From a virus (taxonomy: Duplodnaviria; Heunggongvirae; Uroviricota; Caudoviricetes): a stretch of DNA of 64,000 nt. Positions 53,396 through 63,944 of the stretch are shown one piece after another. A model generated the notes under the pieces. The model saw nothing but the letters and a program-made list of their open reading frames with translations. It made no database searches and had not been told where the DNA came from. Each line of letters opens with the position of its first letter. Positions within the stretch are counted from its first letter, which is position 1. The DNA lies in the IMG/VR virus record IMGVR_UViG_3300024348_000012. One strand, written 5' to 3'. Made by a program: the position numbers and the translations under genes.

Positions 53396-54682
53396 TTGAG
53401 TACACCATTAGAAAATATATCAGTAGTTCTTTCAGCTAAAAGAAAAAATGAATTAAATACAATACTAACTCAATCGGGCTCAAGTGCATCCACTAAAACC
53501 AATGCAGGCGTTACTATTGTAAATGATTCAAATATTGCATCTTCATTAGTATTTCAAAAATTACAATCGCCGGCATATGATATTACGGAATTATTAAAAT
53601 CAATTAATACAAGTGCGGTTGAAATAAATCCAAATATTCCTGAATCAAATACAAATTTTGTTCAAAAACCAGTATACGATAATCAATTATTAATAAATTC
53701 TAATATTAAAACTAAAATTAATGAAATTACTAAAATAGTAGACCAATTAATTTCAATTAAAGATGATTATAATTCCCAAATACAATTTGAAAAAACACAA
53801 CAAACTTTAATAAAATCTTCAAATACTTTATTAGCAACTTCTATAAAAAGTTTAAAAAAAACAATTGAACAATTTAATACCCAAATAGAAGAAGCTATTC
53901 AAAAATCATTATTGGAATCTATTAAAAGAACATCAATTGTTGCACAAAATAGAGGATTTTCTAAAGAAATTAGTGCATTATTAAAACATGTTAATACATT
54001 AAATTTATTAATACAAACAATAAATGTACAAATTGCAACAATTGAAACAAAAACAAAAATAGAAGGAGACGCAAGAGCTTTTGCAGCTGAAAAAAATGGT
54101 ATAGTATTAAATTCTATATTAGTTGTGTATTGGGATGGGTTTACTAGTGATGTAACTCAACCAAAATTTTATGGTTGGGGATATAATGATGATAGAAGAA
54201 TGGATTGGGGAAATAGTCATGGCCGATTGTATTTTAAAAACTTTGATAAAGAAAGTGTTAAAGTAAATCTATCAGCTACTTTTAATAAAACCAAAAACAC
54301 ACCAAATGTGAATGGCTTTATCAACCAGGGACCTAAATGGTTTGAATTTGGTGAAACACCAGGAAATGTAAATACTAAATATCCAGTAGCAGGATTTCCA
54401 AATCCTGGCCTTGCAACTACTATTCCGGCCGAAGCGGAAAAAACTATATACATGAAATTTAATCCTGAAGCAAGTGGGCCATGGGATTCACAAGGCCCTA
54501 ATGGGTTTTGGGGTGCAATTTCTAATACTACAACTTACTATGGTTGGATGCAAATTAGTTCAATAAGGGCTGACGGGTTTGTTGACACTATACCATATTT
54601 AGATACTCAATTTGCACTAACAAAGTGGCATAAAAAAAGCAAAACTTACACAAATTCCGGTGGGCACAAAACAAGTCTTTAA
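53396..54682 (+). CDS. coiled-coil tail-fibre-like protein, paralog 2
   Basis: PLENISVVLSAKRKNELNTILTQSGS N-terminus paralogous to 52633; the C-terminal globular domain is a candidate receptor-binding domain. Confidence 0.45.
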   Translation: MSTPLENISVVLSAKRKNELNTILTQSGSSASTKTNAGVTIVNDSNIASSLVFQKLQSPAYDITELLKSINTSAVEINPNIPESNTNFVQKPVYDNQLLINSNIKTKINEITKIVDQLISIKDDYNSQIQFEKTQQTLIKSSNTLLATSIKSLKKTIEQFNTQIEEAIQKSLLESIKRTSIVAQNRGFSKEISALLKHVNTLNLLIQTINVQIATIETKTKIEGDARAFAAEKNGIVLNSILVVYWDGFTSDVTQPKFYGWGYNDDRRMDWGNSHGRLYFKNFDKESVKVNLSATFNKTKNTPNVNGFINQGPKWFEFGETPGNVNTKYPVAGFPNPGLATTIPAEAEKTIYMKFNPEASGPWDSQGPNGFWGAISNTTTYYGWMQISSIRADGFVDTIPYLDTQFALTKWHKKSKTYTNSGGHKTSL

Positions 54683-54704
54683 TTAATGAAATTAAATAAA
54701 TAAA

Positions 54705-56015
54705 ATGAGCATTAAAAAATATACAAACATTGAACAAATAAATCTTAATAAACAAAATGTAGGACAATTTATAGAAGATAAGGATTTATTTATTATTGCA
54801 AAAAATGAAACAGTTACATCTACCTTTGGTGATAATTCATATGATACAATGGAAGTATCCGTTTATGATATAAACAATAATTTATTACCACAAAAATCAG
54901 GAAATAATGTTTCTTATATAAAAACGGGAGATATTAAAAATTATATGTATAATGTTACAAATAAAAATGGTACAAAAGAAATTGCGATTGATGCTGAAAA
55001 ATTATTAAATGATTTGGGGTTTACCAATGGAATTCTCAAACTTAATATAAATTTTGTTAGAAATAAAGTTGGAAATAACAATGAATTATCGCGAGTATGG
55101 ATACAAGAAATATCTCCGTCAAGAGAAGAAATTCGTATTTTACCATTAAAAACAAAAAATGAAACAATAAATAAAATAACTAATTTAGAATTTGCAAATT
55201 TAAAAAAACAATATAAAACATTTGCAAATGTAAAACAAAATATTAACTTACAAATTTCTACATTTGAAAATAGTTATTTAACTAAAATAGATGATTATTT
55301 AAATACACAATTTGGAACAGATTATTTATTATATCTAAAAAAAGATTTTGGATTACAAAATTTTGATGATTATGTTAAAAAAATATATACGGATTTTAAA
55401 TCAGCAGTAAATAATTATTTAACAAACAAAAAATATAATATAACTTCAAGTGATTTTGGTAAAGTTGATGTTGTTAGATTTATTGATTCAGAAATATATA
55501 AAACAGAAGATATTGAAAAAGAAATTAATTTAATATTAATGGCATGTATTACAAAAAATCTACCGGATTTGAAACAAAGAACAATAGAAACTAAAACAAT
55601 TGAAAAACAATTTACAAATTCTCCAATAGATAGACTTACATTAGACACCACCAATGTACCTCCTATTATATCAAATAGAAAAATTATTACAATAACACCG
55701 AATCAAATTAGTTTTACAAAAATAGCAGGAGGTACTGGTACCAATTTACCTACACCTAAACCAAAAGGAACATTGATTACAACAATATGTAAAGGATTTG
55801 ACCAATATGAAACATACGCAGATGGAAATGGTGGTACATATGATACATTGATTAAGGTTAATTCTTTAACATGCGGATATGTTGCACCTACCCTCGGAGG
55901 TGGAACTGGAGGTGGAGGTGGAACTGGCGGTGGTGGGCGAGGTGAAGGTAGTGGAACTGGAGGTGGTGGACGAGGTGAAGGTTCAAATCCCGATGGTAGT
56001 AATGACGCAAAATAA
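54705..56015 (+). CDS. structural/fibre protein with Gly-rich C-terminal repeat
   Basis: 436 aa ending GGGTGGGGGTGGGGRGEGSGTGGGGRGEGS. Confidence 0.45.
   Translation: MSIKKYTNIEQINLNKQNVGQFIEDKDLFIIAKNETVTSTFGDNSYDTMEVSVYDINNNLLPQKSGNNVSYIKTGDIKNYMYNVTNKNGTKEIAIDAEKLLNDLGFTNGILKLNINFVRNKVGNNNELSRVWIQEISPSREEIRILPLKTKNETINKITNLEFANLKKQYKTFANVKQNINLQISTFENSYLTKIDDYLNTQFGTDYLLYLKKDFGLQNFDDYVKKIYTDFKSAVNNYLTNKKYNITSSDFGKVDVVRFIDSEIYKTEDIEKEINLILMACITKNLPDLKQRTIETKTIEKQFTNSPIDRLTLDTTNVPPIISNRKIITITPNQISFTKIAGGTGTNLPTPKPKGTLITTICKGFDQYETYADGNGGTYDTLIKVNSLTCGYVAPTLGGGTGGGGGTGGGGRGEGSGTGGGGRGEGSNPDGSNDAK
55899..55983 (+). repeat. about 30-bp tandem repeat (x2.5) encoding a GTGGGGRGEGS collagen-like motif
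   Basis: ggaactggaggtggtggacgaggtgaaggt units seen directly. Confidence 0.6.
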
Positions 56016-56055
56016 AAACAATTTTTAATAAAGATATTTATAATAAATTAACACA

Positions 56056-59000
56056 ATGGCTTTAACAAACTATGTAATAAACTTTGGTAGTAATTTTACT
56101 AGTGAATTGGGAACTCTTTTAACTTTAAATGTTGAAATCAGTAATTCATTGACCAAAACACCTTTAAAACCATTACTATTAAAAGATGGTAGCACTTTAC
56201 CACAAAATATAGATTATAGTTTAATAAACAATGCCAAAATAATTTTATATTTAAGTGGTAATCTTCCCGAAGAATATGTTGTTAAAAAAATATGTTATAC
56301 CAATAAAGCTACATATGCAACTGCACCAACGGATTTAACAAAATGGTCAACTGCAAAAGTGGCCGCTATTAACTCTCCATTTGAAATAGATAAAAATATA
56401 ATTATAACTGGAGAATTATATGTTGTTGTTATTTTAGAAAAAACAACGGTAAAAGCTCCTACAATAGTTTTAACCAATCCAAATAAAAAAATAGATATAA
56501 AAGTAAAGGATTCTGATTTAGAAAAAGAATTAATTATTAAATTTACAAAACCAAATACAGATTATGTAACGGTTTATCTTTCACCAAATAGAATTGTAAA
56601 AACAGAAGATACATTTGTAACTTTATATTATAAAAAAGATTTTGATGGAATATTGGGTAATAAAAAAATATTTTTAGTTCCAAGTTCAAATGCATATGGT
56701 GATGGGGCTCCTGTTGAATTAATAATAAATTGGATAGCTGAGGCCGATACACCATCTATGGTTGAAATAGACATCGTTGATACAATAGATGTTCCAAGTT
56801 TTTCTAATTTGGATATTAATTTTGAAATAGAATATAAAACCATAAATGCAACAACGGTTGATATATTTTTATTAGCAAAAGATTTAACCAAACTACCATT
56901 AGTACAAAACCAATCTCCAAATGGTAAATTAAAATTAAATTTAAGAACTTTAGCTACTTCATATCCTAAGTGGAATGGTAATACCGACTTAACATTGGTT
57001 TTTAAACCATACAATAAGGGAGGACAAAAAATATTAGAGGGAACGGAGATATCGGCAACTACAAAAATAATATATCCAAATCTTAAATTAGATACCGAAA
57101 AAATTAAAAAATCAATTTATGATGGATTTTTAAACAAATTAGATTTTGTATTTGATAAAGAGGACAAATATTTAACACATATTGCTAATTTTGGAAATGA
57201 TGAACAAATTATAATATCCTCTTGGGAAGAAGATGATTTTACACTTTCTAAAAAATCGGAAGATGAATTTGGTAATACAATTGTAAAACCAGAAGATATA
57301 GTAGAATCTACTATATTAAAATTATACAACCCACTTCCAGCATCTATTAATGAAAATACAACTTTATGGATTTCTAAACTATTAACAAATCCGTTAATAG
57401 AAACAATTATTTTAAGTGAACAAGATGATATAAAATGTCCTCCTATAAAGGGGCCTAATTTTAGTGTAGAAGTTGATTTTGTAATTGGCCAATCTACAAA
57501 TTATGAATCGTTAGATAATTTAATATTAAGTGCATCGGTTTCCAGTTCATCACAATTAGTTGCAACGTATTTAAGTTCATCTTTAATAGAAACCGATGAT
57601 TTAAATATTCAATACGCAAACGTTAATTTTACAAGTTCACATAGTGGGTCGGTAATGTCAGGTGCAGGTGAATACCTTTGGAATAATTTTGTCCATTTTA
57701 GTTCTGCAAAAGAAAGAGTAGATAATTTTATATACAAAGTACAATTGATTGAAAAATATGAACAATTAATTAGTAGTTCATCTAATGGTGCAAATTCTAT
57801 ATCTGAAAATAATGAAACGGAAAGACAAACTATTAAAAAACAAAAATTAATTCAGGGTTTTGATGGTTTTGAGAAATTTTTATATAATAAATCGGAATAT
57901 ACAACAAACCATTCTAGTTCTTTAACTTGGCCATATAATGGTGATAGATTATCATCAAATGATACAATAGTTTCAAATTGGTATGATAATATTATTGAAT
58001 TAGCGACTGAGTTTGATAAAACAAATGTGAATTGGGTTCAAAATAATATACCACAATATGTTGTTACCAATGGTGATAATGAAAGCATGTTATTGTTTTT
58101 GTCAATGATAGGCCATCACTTTGATACATTATATTTTTATACAAAATCAATAGAAAATAGTAGAGGACTTGGATATAAATCAAAAAATACAATAAATGAT
58201 AAATTGTTATTTGATATATTGAAATCAATGGGTTGGGATGCGAAAAACCTAGCTGCAGATACTAAACTTTGGGATTATGTATTTGGACAAAATGCCGATG
58301 GTAGTCAAAAGTATATATCAATTGATGAAAATGGTGATGAAATAAAATCTAAATCTGCAAAGCAAAGAACATATGAAGTTTGGAGAAGAATTGTAAATAA
58401 CTTACCTTATTTATTAAAAAATAAAGGTACAAGGAGAGGTATATACGCATTAATGTCTTGTTATGGAATACCGGCATCAAATCTTTCAATTTTAGAATTT
58501 GGAGGCCCGGAAATAACAACTAATACAAAAAGTAAATTAGTAATGGACAATGTTACTAGTGCACTTAAAATGGTGTCTGGTTCTTTAATTCAAATGGAGT
58601 GGAAAGATACGGATAAAGGTAGAAAACCAAATACTATTGAATTATTTGTTAAACCGGCATATAGTAAAAATTGGACAATATTATCTGGAAGTAATTGGGA
58701 TGTTAAGATTAGTGGTTCGGTTAATAGTAATTATGGTAAAGTAATATTCAATTATTCGGGTTCAAATCATCATATAGAATCATCCTTATTACCAATATTT
58801 AACGATAGATTTTTTGGTATAGCTGTAAGTGTAAGTGGTTCCAATGGATTAAAATTAGATGTTAGACAAGCCGAAAAAGAAAGAACTATATTTGAAGAAT
58901 CAATTACATCATCCGCATATACCAATTGGAACACTGATTCTACTTTATATTTGGGAAATGATTTTGTTGGTAGTGTAGATGAATTTCGTTTGTGGTCAGA

Positions 59001-60684
59001 AGTATTAGATACTGAAAGATTTTATGAACACGTTTCTTTTCCTGAAATGATTAATGGTAATAGTATTACATCATCCACAACGGATTTATATTTCCGTTTA
59101 GATTTTGAATATCCAAAAAATTTAGCAACAAATACAAAATTAATAAATGTTGATACAAATGTTTATTACCCTGCAATACAAATAAATCCGTCTAGTTCTT
59201 TACAAATAACAAGAAACATACTAGAAGAAACTGGATCAATTGGAAGTAATGTAATATCATCAATTAATACTTCTCCACTATTATTTGCAACAGCAAGTGG
59301 ATTTCCACCAATAACATCATATCCATATCAATTTGAAGCAATAGATAGAAGTGTTACATTAGAAATTCCTGATTTAGGTGCAAGTAGATATTCAACAAAT
59401 AAAGTTAGATTTGAAAGTCAATATAATTTAGATGGAACGGAGATAACTCCAACTAAAGGTGTGAACCTATCGGTAAATAGTAGAGGAACTAAAAAATCAT
59501 TTGACCAATCACCAATTGATTCAAATAGAGTAGGTTTATTTTTCTCACCAACAAAAGAATTAAACATTGATATTGCAAAATCATTTGGTGGAATTAATTT
59601 AGATAATTACATTGGTAACCCACAAGATTATTATAAATCAAATTATTCTCAATTAGATTCTTTAAGAAATTATTATTTCCAAAGATTTGATGGTAGAGAT
59701 ATTTACGCATACATTAATTTAATCAAACTATATGAGAAATCTATGTTTGAAGATATTAAGAAAATGTTACCTGCAAGGGTTAAAGCAACTACCGGTTTAT
59801 TAATTGAACCACATATTTTAGAAAGAAGTAAAGTTGCACATAAAAAACCAACAGGAGTAAATAATCAATTAGAAACTATAATAGACTCAAATAATACGAC
59901 TAATATATTTGCAGAAACAAACCAATATCAAACCATAATTGACGCAAATCTGTCAGATAATCTATTTGCAGAAAATTATCAATATAATACCAGAATTGAT
60001 ATTAATAATGAAAATCAAATATCAGCTGATAATTACCAATATAATACAACTATAAGAACAACCGATAACACAAATATAAGTTCCGATTATTACCAACAAA
60101 CGGCATCAATTGATTGTGGTTTACAAAATCCTACAATTTTAACTGAGTATGATTTGTATGATTTAAATATTGTAGCCGGCCAAACTACATTTGAAACAGT
60201 TGGATTTGGAATATATGCTCAAAATGGACATGCTATTAGAACATATTTTGATGAAAGAGGCCGAAGAGTTAAAGAAAGAATTAAAGTAGATTTAATAACA
60301 GAACAAAAATCAAGAGAAGCTTTAAAATATAAAATTGTAATAAATGGTAAAGGTGACCCAAGAGGTGGGATGGAATTAACATCATCCATTTACTATGAAA
60401 CAAAATTAAATATTCAACCATATTCAACTGCAAAGGTTATTAATGCGGGTACGGGTAGTATAGTTCAAGTAAAAAAAGTAGATGGATATTTACCAACACA
60501 TTATAGAAATACATCGGATTTGACAATAGGATTGCAAAATAGTTTCTTTAGAGGTTCAAAAAATACAGCAGCAACAACTATTGATGGTGCATCACCTATT
60601 GAAACATTTATATCTAATCCAAACATATTAACTGTAAATAAAGCAGGTAGAAATACATCCGAACCAATTTTGGAAGTAGAATAA
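56056..60684 (+). CDS. very large (1542 aa) virion structural protein (tail fibre / baseplate-associated, putative)
   Basis: Single uninterrupted ORF; internal short repeats (NxFAENYQYNT x3 near 59.9-60.1 kb); location in the fibre block. Confidence 0.5.
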   Translation: MALTNYVINFGSNFTSELGTLLTLNVEISNSLTKTPLKPLLLKDGSTLPQNIDYSLINNAKIILYLSGNLPEEYVVKKICYTNKATYATAPTDLTKWSTAKVAAINSPFEIDKNIIITGELYVVVILEKTTVKAPTIVLTNPNKKIDIKVKDSDLEKELIIKFTKPNTDYVTVYLSPNRIVKTEDTFVTLYYKKDFDGILGNKKIFLVPSSNAYGDGAPVELIINWIAEADTPSMVEIDIVDTIDVPSFSNLDINFEIEYKTINATTVDIFLLAKDLTKLPLVQNQSPNGKLKLNLRTLATSYPKWNGNTDLTLVFKPYNKGGQKILEGTEISATTKIIYPNLKLDTEKIKKSIYDGFLNKLDFVFDKEDKYLTHIANFGNDEQIIISSWEEDDFTLSKKSEDEFGNTIVKPEDIVESTILKLYNPLPASINENTTLWISKLLTNPLIETIILSEQDDIKCPPIKGPNFSVEVDFVIGQSTNYESLDNLILSASVSSSSQLVATYLSSSLIETDDLNIQYANVNFTSSHSGSVMSGAGEYLWNNFVHFSSAKERVDNFIYKVQLIEKYEQLISSSSNGANSISENNETERQTIKKQKLIQGFDGFEKFLYNKSEYTTNHSSSLTWPYNGDRLSSNDTIVSNWYDNIIELATEFDKTNVNWVQNNIPQYVVTNGDNESMLLFLSMIGHHFDTLYFYTKSIENSRGLGYKSKNTINDKLLFDILKSMGWDAKNLAADTKLWDYVFGQNADGSQKYISIDENGDEIKSKSAKQRTYEVWRRIVNNLPYLLKNKGTRRGIYALMSCYGIPASNLSILEFGGPEITTNTKSKLVMDNVTSALKMVSGSLIQMEWKDTDKGRKPNTIELFVKPAYSKNWTILSGSNWDVKISGSVNSNYGKVIFNYSGSNHHIESSLLPIFNDRFFGIAVSVSGSNGLKLDVRQAEKERTIFEESITSSAYTNWNTDSTLYLGNDFVGSVDEFRLWSEVLDTERFYEHVSFPEMINGNSITSSTTDLYFRLDFEYPKNLATNTKLINVDTNVYYPAIQINPSSSLQITRNILEETGSIGSNVISSINTSPLLFATASGFPPITSYPYQFEAIDRSVTLEIPDLGASRYSTNKVRFESQYNLDGTEITPTKGVNLSVNSRGTKKSFDQSPIDSNRVGLFFSPTKELNIDIAKSFGGINLDNYIGNPQDYYKSNYSQLDSLRNYYFQRFDGRDIYAYINLIKLYEKSMFEDIKKMLPARVKATTGLLIEPHILERSKVAHKKPTGVNNQLETIIDSNNTTNIFAETNQYQTIIDANLSDNLFAENYQYNTRIDINNENQISADNYQYNTTIRTTDNTNISSDYYQQTASIDCGLQNPTILTEYDLYDLNIVAGQTTFETVGFGIYAQNGHAIRTYFDERGRRVKERIKVDLITEQKSREALKYKIVINGKGDPRGGMELTSSIYYETKLNIQPYSTAKVINAGTGSIVQVKKVDGYLPTHYRNTSDLTIGLQNSFFRGSKNTAATTIDGASPIETFISNPNILTVNKAGRNTSEPILEVE

Positions 60685-60731
60685 CGAAATTTAAAAATAA
60701 TTATATTTATATCAAACGATAATACAACACT

Positions 60732-61358
60732 ATGGGATATTTAAGTAACACAGAATTAACAGTAGATGCTATCCTTACTAAAAAAGGTAGAGAAAAATTA
60801 GCAGCAGGTGGTGGTTTAAACATCACTCAATTTGCATTAGCAGATGATGAGATTGATTATAATTTATATGAACCGGCACATCCATTGGGTTCTGCATATT
60901 ATGATAAGGCAATTATAAGTATGCCTGTGTTAGAAGCATCTCCAGATGAGACACAAGTAATGAAATACAAATTGGTAACATTACCAAAAGATTCAAAAAG
61001 TATTCCTGTTGTGTCTATTAGTCAACCATCTATAAATGCAACAACAAAAGTAACCGGCCCTATTACAATTTCACCTAATACTTCTGGTGGAAGTAATGCA
61101 CAGGGTGGATACACTGCTATTTTATCAAATAAAAATGCAGGTACTTTACAAGGTGAAGGAGTAACTTCTGATGTAGGTAGTGTTCCTGTATTTATTGGTG
61201 ATGATGTATCAGCAACAGCAGCAACGGCTAAAGGAACGACTTTCAAATTCTTCCCGGCTAACAACTTAACATCTAATTTAACAACAACACTTACTATTTA
61301 TGGTAATCAAACGGGAGGTTCAATTACTATTCCTGTGACGATAACTTATGTAGTTTAA
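60732..61358 (+). CDS. hypothetical structural protein
   Basis: 208 aa, Thr/Ser/Gly-rich. Confidence 0.45.
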   Translation: MGYLSNTELTVDAILTKKGREKLAAGGGLNITQFALADDEIDYNLYEPAHPLGSAYYDKAIISMPVLEASPDETQVMKYKLVTLPKDSKSIPVVSISQPSINATTKVTGPITISPNTSGGSNAQGGYTAILSNKNAGTLQGEGVTSDVGSVPVFIGDDVSATAATAKGTTFKFFPANNLTSNLTTTLTIYGNQTGGSITIPVTITYVV

Positions 61359-61372
61359 AATAATAAAACAAA

Positions 61373-62632
61373 ATGGCAATAATTAGAAACACAACAGTCC
61401 TTACAAATTTACAAACGGAGTTATCAAATGCTATTGCAAATGGCCTGAATACTGCGACAATAGTAAATATATTAAATGGTGCACTGGGAGCTGGAGAACA
61501 AATTGGACAAACTGCATTTAATACAATAACCGAAGGAGTTTATAAAAAATTCGGTGTAGGTGACCAAGTTTTAAATAGAACAGAAATTGTAACTACCGGT
61601 ATATGGAGTGGTGATACTGGTTCTTTAACGGTAAACGCAACTTATACATCATCTGCACAAATTGCAAACATTAGTGGTAAATACTATATTGATGTTTATA
61701 ACGCATTAACATCATCGGATTCAGCTGAGGTTCAATTCTCAATTGCATATGGTGATTATAATGGATATGGTGCACCAACCATAGGACAAGACGATTCGTC
61801 AACACGACCAACAAAAGCAACATATTCACAATATAAAAATTTATTGTTATCACCAACAGATGAATATTTTAGTGTTTATAGTGGTCCGGCTACATCATCC
61901 GCTGCAACGACAACTCATAATTTAACATCATTCTACGCAATTAATGTAAATAGAGCTAGATATAAAGAAAGATTAGACCCAGGAAATATATCTATAACAT
62001 TAGCAGGTACTTCTGGTTCAATAACATTAATAGATGATAGTGGTGGAACTGATGAAAATGTAACAACTTCAGGTAGAATTTATAACTTAGTAAGTGGTTC
62101 ATTAAATATTGGTTCGGCTTTAACTGCATCAATTAAAAATGTAACCTCTAGAAATGGTGAAGGATATGGATTATTTTATCCTGATATGGGCATTATTTTG
62201 TTAAATCCAAATGCACTAGCTTCAATTGTAGATATCAAATTGGCACCCGCTAATAGTTCAATGACAGGTGTTTATCATAACATCTCTTTAAGTGGTAGTA
62301 CATATAGTGCAAATTCTGGTTCAGTAATGTTATTAAACACATTAGCAGGTGGTGCAGATTTCCAAGTAAGAAGAACTGAAAACGTTTCAACTGCACATTA
62401 CTTTATAAGAGCAAATAATAGAGAATTTAACTTCTCAAATAATCCAACATTTGTAACGGGTTCAGCTGGGCAGTTTACATGGCCGGTTTTTGAATCAAAT
62501 CCAAAAGTTTTTATTACAACAGTTGGTTTATATAATGATGCGAATGAATTATTAGCCGTTGCAAAAACTTCAAAACCAATTGAAAAATCATTTGATAAAG
62601 AAGTGGCAATTAAAGTTAAATTAGACTTCTAA
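61373..62632 (+). CDS. structural protein, paralog 1 (shared C-terminal domain)
   Basis: C-terminus ITTVGLYNDANELLAVAKTSKPIEKSFDKEVAIKVKLDF is paralogous to the C-terminus of ORF 62706. Confidence 0.45.
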   Translation: MAIIRNTTVLTNLQTELSNAIANGLNTATIVNILNGALGAGEQIGQTAFNTITEGVYKKFGVGDQVLNRTEIVTTGIWSGDTGSLTVNATYTSSAQIANISGKYYIDVYNALTSSDSAEVQFSIAYGDYNGYGAPTIGQDDSSTRPTKATYSQYKNLLLSPTDEYFSVYSGPATSSAATTTHNLTSFYAINVNRARYKERLDPGNISITLAGTSGSITLIDDSGGTDENVTTSGRIYNLVSGSLNIGSALTASIKNVTSRNGEGYGLFYPDMGIILLNPNALASIVDIKLAPANSSMTGVYHNISLSGSTYSANSGSVMLLNTLAGGADFQVRRTENVSTAHYFIRANNREFNFSNNPTFVTGSAGQFTWPVFESNPKVFITTVGLYNDANELLAVAKTSKPIEKSFDKEVAIKVKLDF

Positions 62633-62705
62633 TCGGAGAATAAAATAAAAACTATGGCCCACCTTAATTTGGTGGGTTTTTAGTTTTAAGATATTTATAT
62701 ACAAT

Positions 62706-63914
62706 ATGTTAAAACGAATACCAAAGTCAGATATTAGTATTAGGCCATTTAAAGCCTATAAAGAGTGGGATGAATTATCAGCTAGTGCATCGGTGTTATT
62801 TGCCGAACTTGGTGATTATACGGAAACCGAAATGGTCAATATAACACAAGGTCATTTAAGTGGTTCAACTTATAATAAACATTCATTGTACGGACAAGTT
62901 AAATCTACATTTTATAATGGTAGAGAAGATAATCCAATTGAAAGATTTGGTATAAAAACAAATGGATTTACAATATTTACCAGAGCTAAAGAAAGATATT
63001 TAAGTGGAAGTGCAACTGTTATATCTGTTCCTCAAAGTTGTGTAGGAGAAGGAATTAAAAGAGGTTCGGTTATTTTAAATGATGGTACAAGTCAATATGT
63101 GGATGATGGATATGGTAATTTATCAGGAGAAGCTGCCGATGTATTTTTAGAAACCATAAATTTTAATAATGAACAAATTATATTCCAAGATTTATCTGAA
63201 GCTTTGATTTCTTTTGAGATAGTTCAATTAAATTTAGAAACCAATATATTAGAAGTTGTATATAATACTATACCATATGCATTAGAATTAATAAAAATAG
63301 ATTTTGAAAATGATGTTTTATTGGTTGAGTCTATCCCATTTTTGGATAATATTATTAATAAATTGGGTAATGTTTTTTATAATCAAGGTTTAATTGTTTT
63401 AACCGAAACAACAAATTTTAATACATCCAGTTTTGATTTAGATTTTAAATCAACACAAACAATATATGAAAATGAATTTTTATTAATAGTGAATCCGGAT
63501 GAATTTAATTTTTCAACGAATCCAACATCGGTTGAAACTATTGGTATGGTCGTTACTTCTTCAATAGAACTATACGATAAATCAAATCCAAATTCAAAAA
63601 CATATATTAAAAAAATTATTACTAATGCAGGTACACAATATGTTAAGAAAAAATCAATTACTAGTACAGGTACAATAGTTGATTATAGATTTACAGGTTC
63701 TTATAGTGGTTCTAATTCTGCATCATATGCTGGGTTTGAACATTATGAATTAAGTAGTTCAGTTGATACCACCGGTTCATTTTTAACACCTATGATTACA
63801 ACAATTGGTTTATATAATGATGCGTGTGAATTACTAGCGGTAGCTAAATTACCTCAACCTATTAAATCGGAACCGGATATTCCTGTAAACTTTATTGTCC
63901 GTTTTGATACATAA
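62706..63914 (+). CDS. structural protein, paralog 2 (shared C-terminal domain)
   Basis: C-terminus ITTIGLYNDACELLAVAKLPQPIKSEPDIPVNFIVRFDT; preceded by a hairpin-like sequence (GGCCCACCttaatttGGTGGGtttt) at 62655-62682. Confidence 0.45.
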   Translation: MLKRIPKSDISIRPFKAYKEWDELSASASVLFAELGDYTETEMVNITQGHLSGSTYNKHSLYGQVKSTFYNGREDNPIERFGIKTNGFTIFTRAKERYLSGSATVISVPQSCVGEGIKRGSVILNDGTSQYVDDGYGNLSGEAADVFLETINFNNEQIIFQDLSEALISFEIVQLNLETNILEVVYNTIPYALELIKIDFENDVLLVESIPFLDNIINKLGNVFYNQGLIVLTETTNFNTSSFDLDFKSTQTIYENEFLLIVNPDEFNFSTNPTSVETIGMVVTSSIELYDKSNPNSKTYIKKIITNAGTQYVKKKSITSTGTIVDYRFTGSYSGSNSASYAGFEHYELSSSVDTTGSFLTPMITTIGLYNDACELLAVAKLPQPIKSEPDIPVNFIVRFDT

Positions 63915-63944
63915 TTTATATTTATAAGTAAAATAAAAACAATA

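Noticed and set aside
106-61264. All minus-strand ORFs in the six-frame track (e.g. 20318-20959, 20613-21014, 31641-32162, 34700-35194, 56628-57014)
   Set aside because: Each lies entirely inside a longer + strand ORF that has recognisable motifs or tiles perfectly with neighbours. They have low-complexity, hydrophobic/AT-codon-driven composition typical of antisense shadows in an AT-rich genome. No promoter or terminator signals are seen on the minus strand.
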